Shown: positions 9,301-17,325 of the stretch, in pieces
How the letters are laid out: each line of letters opens with the position of its first letter
Position numbering within the stretch: the stretch's first letter is position 1
NCBI RefSeq assembly: GCF_964355755.1
Contig: NC_092673.1
Coordinates: 25,045,648 to 25,109,647, forward strand
DNA length: 64,000 bases
Source of the DNA: Antedon mediterranea
Taxonomy: Eukaryota; Animalia; Echinodermata
Direction: 5' to 3'
Notes under the pieces: generated by a model
What the model saw: only the letters and a program-made list of their open reading frames with translations
Database searches by the model: none
Told to the model about the DNA's origin: nothing
Translations under genes and position numbers: made by a program

Positions 9301-11927
9301 GGAGACACAACCGTTTCTACCTCCGGGTACAACGTGGTAGACGTGTCCGTTATGTCCGTGTAAACTACAGAAGACGTGGTGGTAGATTGTATTACTATTA
9401 TGGAGGAAGATGGAGAATTATCACCCGCTTTATAAGAAAAGGAAGATGGGTAAGCTGGCGGCACTTTAGAGTACGCATCACCTACCGAGTATGTTGGAGA
9501 CACAACCGTTTTTACCTCCGGGTACAACGTGGTAGACGTGTCCGTTATGTCCGTGTAAACTACAGAAGACGTGGTGGTAGATTGTATTACTATTATGGAG
9601 GAAGATGGAGAATTATCACCCGCTTCATAAGAAAAGGAAGATGGGTAAGCTGGCGTCACTTTAGAGTACGCGTCACCTACAGAGTATGTTGGAGACACAA
9701 CCGTTTCTACCTCCGGGTACAACGTGGTAGACGTGTCCGTTATGTCCGTGTAATCTACAGAAGACGTGGTGGTAGATTGTATTACTATTATGGTGGAAGA
9801 TGGAGAATTATCACCCGCTTCATAAGAAAAGGAAGATGGGTAAGCTGGCGTCACTTTAGAGTACGCGTCACCTACAGAGTATGTTGGAGACACAACCGTT
9901 TCTACCTCCGGGTACAACGTGGTAGACGTGTCCGTTATGTCCGTGTAAACTACAGAAGACGTGGTGGTAGATTGTATTACTATTATGGAGGAAGATGGAG
10001 AATTATCACCCGCTTCATAAGAAAAGGAAGATGGGTAAGCTGGCGCCACTTTAGAGTACGCATCACCTACCGAGTATGTTGGAGACACAACCGTTTTTAC
10101 CTCCGGGTACAACGTGGTAGACGTGTCCGTTATGTCCGTGTAAACTACAGAAGACGTGGTGGTAGATTGTATTACTATTATGGAGGAAGATGGAGAATTA
10201 TCACCCGCTTCATAAGAAAAGGAAGATGGGTAAGCTGGCGCCACTTTAGAGTACGCGTCACCTACAGAGTATGTTGGAGACACAACCGTTTCTACCTTCG
10301 AGTACAACGTGGTAGACGTGTCCGTTATGTCCGTGTAAACTACAGAAGACGTGGTGGTAGATTGTATTACTATTATGGAGGAAGATGGAGAATTATCACC
10401 CGCTTCATAAGAAAAGGAAGATGGGTAAGCTGGCGCCACTTTAGAGTACGCGTCACCTACAGAGTATGTTGGAGACACAACCGTTTCTACCTACGGGTAC
10501 AACGTGGTAGACGTGTCCGTTATGTCCGTGTAAACTACAGAAGACGTGGTGGTAGATTGTATTACTATTATGGTGGAAGATGGAGAATTATCACCCGCTT
10601 CATAAGAAACGGAAAATGGGTAAGCTGGCGCCACTTTAGAGTACGCATCACCTACAGAGTATGTTGGAGACACAACCGTTTCTACCTCCGGGTACAACGT
10701 GGTAGACGTGTCCGTTATGTCCGTGTAAACTACAGAAGACGTGGTGGTAGATTGTATTACTATTATGGAGGAAGATGGAGAATTATCACCCGCTTCATAA
10801 GAAAAGGAAGATGGGTAAGCTGGCGCCACTTTAGAGTACGCATCACCTACAGAGTATGTTGGAGACACAACCGTTTCTACCTCCGGGTACAACGTGGTAG
10901 ACGTGTCCGTTATGTCCGTGTAAACTACAGAAGACGGGGTGGTAGATTGTATTACTATTATGGTGGAAGATGGAGAATTATCACCCGCTTCATAAGAAAC
11001 GGAAAATGGATAAGCTGGCGCCACTTTAGAGTACGCATCACCTACAGAGTATGTTGGAGACACAACCGTTTCTACCTTCGAGTACAACGTGGTAGACGTG
11101 TCCGTTATGTCCGTATAAACTACAGAAGACGTGGTGGTAGATTGTATTACTATTATGGAGGAAGATGGAGAATCCTTACCCGCTACAGAATAAACGGAAG
11201 ATGGGTAAGCTGGCGTCACTTTAGAGTACGCACCACCTACAGAGTATGTTGGAGACACAACCGTTTCTACCTCCGGGTACAACGTGGTAGTCGTGTCCGT
11301 TATATCCGTGTAAACTACAGAAGACGTGGTGGTAAATTGTATTACTATTATGGTGGAAGATGGAGAATCTTTACCCGCTACATAAGAAACGGCAAATGGG
11401 TAAGCTACCGATATCGCTTTACACATAACTCTAAAGTATTACAAAGGTATACCATTTGTTGGAGGCACGGCCATTTCTATCTTCAAATAAGATATGGTTT
11501 AAGTACCCGTTATGTCCGTGTAAACTACAGAAGACGTGGTGGTAAATTGTATTACTATTATGGTGGAAGATGGATAATCTTTACCCGCTACAGAAGAAAC
11601 GGTAAATGGGTAAGCTGTTCAAGCTTTCGAGTAAGTAGTTCAAGTCACACAGTTCACCACCACCACTATTACGGCACCCACGTAAGCCACTATCACCACT
11701 ATTCAAGCCACGGCTTCAGCTCAAGCAGCAGCTCAAGTGGAGGGTCCCACGTAATCCACCACTCTTCCAGTCACGGTTCCAGCTCAAGCGGAGGCTTTCA
11801 CAGTTCTGGTGGTTCAAGCTTTTCTTCGGGCGGCAGCGGCGGTGGTCACTCCTCAACTTCGACTCATACCGTTCACACTTCCGGTGGTGGAACGGTCGTC
11901 ACTACAACAACATATCATCACTATTAG
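6375..11927 (+). CDS. Gene A: secreted 1850-aa Arg/Tyr/Trp-rich tandem-repeat protein
   Basis: Real start is ATG 6375 after the acceptor. Signal peptide MSWIRIALFSILVVLAVRG, acidic pro-region, CC + Arg/Cys/Val tract, ~22 65-aa repeats, Ser/Gly/His tail; AATAAA at 12014. Confidence 0.9.
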   Translation: MSWIRIALFSILVVLAVRGQSVENDQNDVNLVSRPDVNLERKSDSRPDISLSEKEQPLVASPPLNIIDSEGTDKVRACCRRRRVRRCRRCRRRCHRCRRRRCRCRRRVVRRRCRRRVVRRRCRRRIVRRRCRRRVVRRRRCRRRRVCCRYRLFRRRGAYYLRIQCGRRVRVVRVRCRRRGGRFYYYFGGRWRLAGGVRRIRCSYRLFRRGNAYYLRIKCGRRVRVVRVRCRRRGARFYYYFGGRWRLAGRFRGRTTYRVCWRNNRFYIRIQCGRRVRYVRVNYRRRGGRLYYYYGGRWRIITRFIRNGKWVSWRHFRVRITYRVCWRHNRFYLRVQRGRRVRYVRVNYRRRGGRLYYYYGGRWRIITRFIRNGKWVSWRHFRVRITYRVCWRHNRFYLRVQRGRRVRYVRVNYRRRGGRLYYYYGGRWRIITRFIRNGRWVSWRHFRVRITYRVCWRHNRFYLRVQRGRRVRYVRVNYRRRGGRLYYYYGGRWRIITRFIRKGRWVSWRHFRVRITYRVCWRHNRFYLRVQRGRRVRYVRVNYRRRGGRLYYHYGGRWRIITRFIRNGKWVSWRHFRVRITYRVCWRHNRFYLRVQRGRRVRYVRVNYRRRGGRLYYHYGGRWRIITRFIRNGKWVSWRHFRVRITYRVCWRHNRFYLRVQRGRRVRYIRVNYRRRGGRLYYYYGGRWRIITRFIRKGRWVSWRHFRVRITYRVCWRHNRFYLRVQRGRRVRYVRVNYRRRGGRLYYYYGGRWRIITRFIRKGRWVSWRHFRVRVTYRVCWRHNRFYLRVQRGRRVRYVRVNYRRRGGRLYYYYGGRWRIITRFIRKGRWVSWRHFRVRVTYRVCWRHNRFYLRVQRGRRVRYVRVNYRRRGGRLYYYYGGRWRIITRFIRKGRWVNWRHFRVRITYRVCWRHNRFYLRVQRGRRVRYVRVNYRRRGGRLYYYYGGRWRIITRFIRKGRWVSWRHFRVRVTYRVCWRHNRFYLRVQRGRRVRYVRVNYRRRGGRLYYYYGGRWRIITRFIRKGRWVSWRHFRVRITYRVCWRHNRFYLRVQRGRRVRYVRVNYRRRGGRLYYYYGGRWRIITRFIRKGRWVSWRHFRVRVTYRVCWRHNRFYLRVQRGRRVRYVRVIYRRRGGRLYYYYGGRWRIITRFIRKGRWVSWRHFRVRVTYRVCWRHNRFYLRVQRGRRVRYVRVNYRRRGGRLYYYYGGRWRIITRFIRKGRWVSWRHFRVRITYRVCWRHNRFYLRVQRGRRVRYVRVNYRRRGGRLYYYYGGRWRIITRFIRKGRWVSWRHFRVRVTYRVCWRHNRFYLRVQRGRRVRYVRVNYRRRGGRLYYYYGGRWRIITRFIRKGRWVSWRHFRVRVTYRVCWRHNRFYLRVQRGRRVRYVRVNYRRRGGRLYYYYGGRWRIITRFIRNGKWVSWRHFRVRITYRVCWRHNRFYLRVQRGRRVRYVRVNYRRRGGRLYYYYGGRWRIITRFIRKGRWVSWRHFRVRITYRVCWRHNRFYLRVQRGRRVRYVRVNYRRRGGRLYYYYGGRWRIITRFIRNGKWISWRHFRVRITYRVCWRHNRFYLRVQRGRRVRYVRINYRRRGGRLYYYYGGRWRILTRYRINGRWVSWRHFRVRTTYRVCWRHNRFYLRVQRGSRVRYIRVNYRRRGGKLYYYYGGRWRIFTRYIRNGKWVSYRYRFTHNSKVLQRYTICWRHGHFYLQIRYGLSTRYVRVNYRRRGGKLYYYYGGRWIIFTRYRRNGKWVSCSSFRVSSSSHTVHHHHYYGTHVSHYHHYSSHGFSSSSSSSGGSHVIHHSSSHGSSSSGGFHSSGGSSFSSGGSGGGHSSTSTHTVHTSGGGTVVTTTTYHHY
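7126..11415 (+). repeat. Coding tandem repeat, 195 bp x 22 (degenerate units on both sides)
   Basis: TTAGAGTACG recurs at 7321, 7516, 8101 ... 11221 (exact multiples of 195); first variant unit at 7126. Confidence 0.95.
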
Positions 11928-12330
11928 GAATCCAGATTTAAAAGATAAGTCATCTATAAATCCAATGTGTTATAGTTGATAAGTAATAATAACGTTGATA
12001 AAATATTAATGCAAATAAATTGATTTATGAAGAATATTAATAATCTTGTTATCATAAATTTTTTCTGCTCTAACCTTTATTATTATCCGATGTTTTTTAT
12101 TAATTAGTATAATTACATCTTTATACAGCAGAACTTTTGTTGTATTATTCCTTTCGAAAATAAAATTAACGCAATATTGTGTCTGTTTACCGATTTTTTA
12201 AATTCAAAACGATGTCTCAATGACATATTTCGTAATACACTCTCTTTTATATTAATATTTATTTAATTATAAATTATAGAAGGCCTAATTTCCATGACTT
12301 TAAGGGCAACTTGATCATTTTAATGTATTA

Positions 12331-14019
12331 GGGATGTACGGACAATCGCGAGATTTACGATGTCGCCGCGCGCGCTCGTCGTACATCCGTCGCCGTAAAT
12401 TACTATGACGTCACAAGTCCATGGAAAAATCTACCTCATGAAATTTCACTGTTGTTAACACAAAAGAGATAGGTACTGTCACTTCAATTGCTAATTTGAC
12501 CTGTATTAAGCTTAAATTTGCCAAAATGTTCAGTCTGGTATTTTGAAGAAACACTTTAATATCCAGATAGGCAAAAGAAACAATAACAAAATTCAACATT
12601 TATATTTTAAAGATTTATTTAAAAGGTTTGTTTACTAGAAATGTTCGCTCTTTGCATGGATTAAAGAATAGAATATTCTTTAATTAATCCATGCTCTTTG
12701 CGAGACTTGTCTATCGACCCACGAGGTAGCTGGAAGTATGACGTATATGATGACGCGTTGGAATCACTCAAAACGTTCCGATCCTCTGTAGTGGCGTGAC
12801 ACACGACGGTCGTCGATGTGTGGCGGCGACTCTGCATCATCCTATTGATATGCCTCCACTAGGGCGCCTATGCCTAGCCTCCTAGGCCTCGGCTAAGCTA
12901 CCTACACTACTAGCTAGGTATCAAGTCGGTCTGTATGAACGCCTAAATTCATGAACTTTTAAAATTTACTCACCATCGTCTTTGAATACAAGAGTTTAGG
13001 CCGGTGGAGAACTATAAACACCATCGTCTTTATTCACCGAAAATCACCGCGATCGTCGCGTATTAAAAAATAAATATTTCTTACAAAAAACGCTGCTCCT
13101 GCTCGCTTATTGAAAATTATTTTTTATTTCAAATGTTTTTTAATGTGTCATTTTATTGTCACATAATAGTTATTTTACCGGAAAAAAATGTAATTTCAAG
13201 CAACAAATACTTAAATTGTCTGTCAGACAATGGTTTTTGGGTTTCTTTTCTTTTTTTATATGTGAATAAATATTATATTTTTGTTACAGAAGTGAATACT
13301 CAATTTCTGTCACTTTAGTTAATTTTATTGCTAAGGTCAAATCTGGGGGTCACTTCATCACCCTAGATATTTCAATTGTGAAGTATCCTATTACAAACAC
13401 AAACTTTAATGGACTGTTTCGATAATAATTCAATGAATATCTGACAGTGAATATACCAGAAATGCTTAGGGATTTGTAATTTAGCATGACATGTCCTAAT
13501 AGACTCTTTCCCAGACGTTTTTTGGGTCTACTGTGAATCAATAAATTATAGTAGAGTTTCCATTTTCACAAAACTGTCTGTCCTTAGAACTATAACTGCT
13601 GTTTGCTTTAGCTTCTGATTGAGTAGTCCTAATGGGACGTAGCGGGCTAGAGCAGCAGCGTGAAAAGTTTTAAGTGCGATATGGTTGAAAGATTCCAGAG
13701 CATCATACGTCATGTTTCTAGCTGTTTCGGGTCAATAGACAAGTCTGGCAAATCGTGAATATTTTTAGTAAACACAATTTTTAAATAAATCGTAAAAATA
13801 TAAATGTTGAATTTATTTATTGTTTCTTCAAAATACCAGACAAATTTTATACAGGTTAAATTGACGGTGCCTATCTCTTGTATGCATTTTTAACAACAGT
13901 GAAAACTCATGATGTAGATATTATTTTGCCATGCACTTGTGATGTCACAGCAACGGTACGTCGAGCCCGCGCGGCGATATTGTAAATCTCACGATTGTTC
14001 TGAAATGAATGTACAACCC
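12331..14019. mobile_element. Degenerate non-autonomous TIR DNA element (~1.7 kb)
   Basis: Left end GGGATGTAC..ACAATCGCGAGATTTACGATGTCGCCGCGCG is the inverse of the right end CGCGCGGCGATATTGTAAATCTCACGATTGT..GTACAACCC. Diverged arms run several hundred bp; TTA/TAA flanks. Right-arm fragments recur at ~26185-26335 and ~43550-43700. Confidence 0.65.
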
Positions 14020-14177
14020 TAATTATTTCGTTAAATATTTCCCAGAAATGATGACATGAATTAGAAGATGGTGTAATTTATAAGCATGTAAATGAAATGT
14101 TGTGTCAACGGTTTTTACAGGCTAGTTCTTGACTGAATGGAGACTCCACTGATAACATTTAGCATTATTTGTATATA

Positions 14178-14372
14178 TAGAAAGTGTTTTAAAATAAACT
14201 TACAGCACAAATTTAACATACATTGAATTTTCGACACGTGTCATCATCAGAAGAATCCTAGGAGTAAATCTCACAACACTCCTAGTATGCTTCTGATGAA
14301 GACACGCGACATCGACATTTCACAGTATGTCGAATTTGTGATGTAAGTTTATTCCAGTACGCATGCACTTTC
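14178..14372. repeat. ~200-bp imperfect palindrome with CTGATGA..GAAA-like cores
   Basis: TCATCAGAAGAATCCTAGGAG (14244) pairs with CTCCTAGTATGCTTCTGATGA (14279). Copies at ~35545-35680 and ~50345-50480. Confidence 0.6.
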
Positions 14373-14954
14373 ATTCGATATAGCATTATTTTCAGCCAAA
14401 TCTAACAACCTGTTTATTAACGCATGCTCACATACCGTCCTCTAATATAGCCAAAAATACGTATACCCTAATACTGTATTTGTTGCTTACATCAGCATTT
14501 TTCCGATCACTGGGCCATCTCCAATTTAATATTTAATATAAATATGTAACTTATAGAAACCGCCTCTTCAATTTGAATTAAAATCATACTGTATCCATTA
14601 GGTGGTTTGTACTTCGTTATAACGTACGTACATTACACAATCGTAATTATTTAACTTTTATGTTAAAAGAAGTGTTCACATCCTATCCAAACACTTTACT
14701 CACAATGTCAATAATATATGAAATTTAAAAAAAAATGTCATTTAATAACAAAAGTTTATGCAAACATTTTTAAAGGTTTTACGGTATTTTATGAATACAA
14801 TACAGAAACAGTTGACACAAACATAAATGTCGTATATGAAACACATACTAAACATGACCAATGAACAGACAAAAATGTTAAAATTGAATATGATGAACGA
14901 GTCCATGATACTGATTATCTCCCATATAACTTACGGGGCACCGTAAATTAACAT

Positions 14955-15210
14955 GATAATAACATATATAACGCATATAATGTTTGAAACATCTAAGCGC
15001 TGAACATTATTACCCCAGTCATTTTTTGGGATCAAAAACGTACGGTAACATAATGCATCTAGTAATCAGCGCAAAGTTGTGTCTAGATCTAACCGGGTAC
15101 CCATTAAACACCTGGGTGGAGAGAGGCAAACGTAAGTAAATTATCTTGCCTAAGGATACAAGCAATGTAGCGAGAGTTGGATTATTCGAACCTCGATCTC
15201 TCCAACGTCG
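14955..15210 (-). mobile_element. tRNA-derived SINE relic
   Basis: Minus strand shows B-box GGTTCGAAT, CCTTAGGCAAG, CTCTCCACCCAGGTGTTTAATGGGTACC core and an AGCGCTTAGA..TATTAT tail. Internally deleted copies at ~37025-37205 and ~51640-51825. Confidence 0.6.
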
Positions 15211-15467
15211 AACATTTGTTAGGTTTTTTGTTGTTGTTGTAATCGTATCTATCGTTATTGTTTTGCATACATTATATTAGAGAAACAAATTAATTTCTTC
15301 ACTGTGTATAAAGATCATTGTAGTAGTAAACCATTGCCTACCGACAGATGTCGATGGCGCAATGCTATAAGGACCAACTCTTAAACAAAATTATATACTA
15401 GTGTACTATCTATTGTTTCAATATTTCTATTCATTTACCGATAACTAATTATAATTATATTGTCAAC

Positions 15468-15651
15468 CATATGGGTGTCCATTTAAGAAGAAAACACTTT
15501 AGATGATGATACTTTATTAAGAAGATGACCACCAGTATAAAAAAAAATCGGATGATTCGAATGCTATATAAACGGTGACAAATTTGAGATAACTACATCA
15601 GCTTTGGGCTATATCAATATCATTAAAAAAAGCAGAGCAACAGAAATCAAG
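15468..15651 (+). promoter_or_regulatory. Gene B promoter and non-coding exon 1
   Basis: CATATG 15468, TATATAAA 15565-15572, AAG|GTAAGA donor at 15652; intron ends TTTCAG at 15848. Confidence 0.75.
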
Positions 15652-15852
15652 GTAAGAATAACGACTTTTGCATACCTCTTTTGATAACTCCATTAAATTG
15701 AATATTCTCTAACAAGTTTGAGAGAAATCTTTGTAGAGTAAACATCGACTAGGACTTTTGCTTTTCCAAAAAAAAAAAGATAAAAATATAATATTACAAT
15801 TCGGTACAATCCGTTGTCTAAAATGGTATATCTATATATTTCTTTCAGAACT

Positions 15853-17325
15853 ATGTCTTGGTTTCGGCTTGCCCTAACCGCTATTTTAGTTGTGTCGGCC
15901 TTAAGCGGCGAAACAGTAGAAAATGACAGAGAGAACGTTAACTCGGTTTCCCATCCTGAAATTAATCTGGAGAGTAAATCCGACAATCAATATGTTATCA
16001 GCTTGAGTGAAAAAGAGCAACCACTGGTAGTTTCCTCTTCTCAGAATATAATTAAATCTTACCACCAACACAATCGATTTAGAGTACGACATCATCGAAG
16101 TACATACTATGGTCTCAGCTTAAGTGAAAAAGAACAAAGACTGGCAGATTCCCTTCCTCAGAACATAATTAAATCTGAGGGAGCTGACAAAGTATTAGCT
16201 TGTTGTAGACATCGCAGATACCGCCACCACTACCATCACTATCACCATATCCACTACCACCACCACTATCATATTCACCACCACCACCACATCCACCATC
16301 ACTACATCCACCACTATCATGTCCATCACTACCACATCCACCACCACCACTATAACATTCACCACCATCACTACCACCACCACTATCATGTCTACCACCG
16401 CCATCGATTTAGAAGACGACGTCATCGACGTACAACCTATGGTCTCAGCTTAAGACAAAAACAACAAAGTCTGGCAGATTCCTTTCCTCAGAACACGATT
16501 AAATCTGAGGGAGCTGACAAAGTATCAGCTTGTTGTAGACGTCACAGAGTTCGTTGTAGACGATGCCACTACCACATCCACATTCACCACCACTACCACA
16601 TTCACCACCACTTCCACCATCACTACCACCGCCACCACCACCGGTGTCGTCGATATAGAAGACGACACCGTCGACGTAGAAGACGTATAGCACGCCGCCA
16701 ACGTAGAAGGCGAAGAAAACTCCGTCGCCGTAGAAGACGAATGGCACGCCGTCAACGTAGAAGACGAAGACGACATCATCGACGTAGAAAACGAATGGCA
16801 CGTCGTCAACGTAGAAGACGAAGACGACAGCATCGGCGTAGAAGACGAATTGCACGCCGTCAACGTAGAAGACGAAGACGACACCATCGACGTAGCAGAC
16901 GAATGGCACATCGTCTACATAGAAGACGAAGACGACAGCATCGGCGTAGAAGACGAATAGCACGCCGTCAACGTAGAAGACGAAGACGACACCATCGACG
17001 TAGAAGACGAATAGCACGCCGTCAAAATAGAAGACGAAGACGACACAATCGACGTAGAAAACGAATAGCACGCCGTCAACGTAGAAGACGAAGACGACAC
17101 TGTCGACGTAGAAGACGGATAGCACGCCGTCTACGTAGAAGAGGAGTATATTGGAGACACAACCATTTCTACATTCGAGTACTATGTGGTAGACATGCTC
17201 ATTATGTTAGCATAAACTCCAGGAGACGTGGTGGTAGATTGTTTTATTTTTATGGTGGAAAATGGAGATTTTTTACTCGCTACAGAAGAAAAGGAATATG
17301 GATAACCTGCCCAAGATCAGGTTAA
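15853..17325 (+). CDS. Gene B: secreted 490-aa His-rich / poly-Arg protein
   Basis: ATG after TTTCAG AACT. Signal peptide MSWFRLALTAILVVSALSG, two spacer+CC-His modules, 8 x 18-aa Arg repeat, one C-terminal copy of the 65-aa-type domain. Confidence 0.88.
   Translation: MSWFRLALTAILVVSALSGETVENDRENVNSVSHPEINLESKSDNQYVISLSEKEQPLVVSSSQNIIKSYHQHNRFRVRHHRSTYYGLSLSEKEQRLADSLPQNIIKSEGADKVLACCRHRRYRHHYHHYHHIHYHHHYHIHHHHHIHHHYIHHYHVHHYHIHHHHYNIHHHHYHHHYHVYHRHRFRRRRHRRTTYGLSLRQKQQSLADSFPQNTIKSEGADKVSACCRRHRVRCRRCHYHIHIHHHYHIHHHFHHHYHRHHHRCRRYRRRHRRRRRRIARRQRRRRRKLRRRRRRMARRQRRRRRRHHRRRKRMARRQRRRRRRQHRRRRRIARRQRRRRRRHHRRSRRMAHRLHRRRRRQHRRRRRIARRQRRRRRRHHRRRRRIARRQNRRRRRHNRRRKRIARRQRRRRRRHCRRRRRIARRLRRRGVYWRHNHFYIRVLCGRHAHYVSINSRRRGGRLFYFYGGKWRFFTRYRRKGIWITCPRSG

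Noticed and set aside
7113-11426. Long antisense Ser/Thr-rich ORFs (1121 and 311 aa) opposite gene A
   Set aside because: Shadow of a repeat unit lacking antisense stops; broken by a stop where the sense change is silent (~10491); no signal peptide or promoter seen.
15853-17325. Calling A or B protamines or keratin-associated proteins
   Set aside because: Only compositional similarity; a signal peptide and acidic pro-region indicate secretion.
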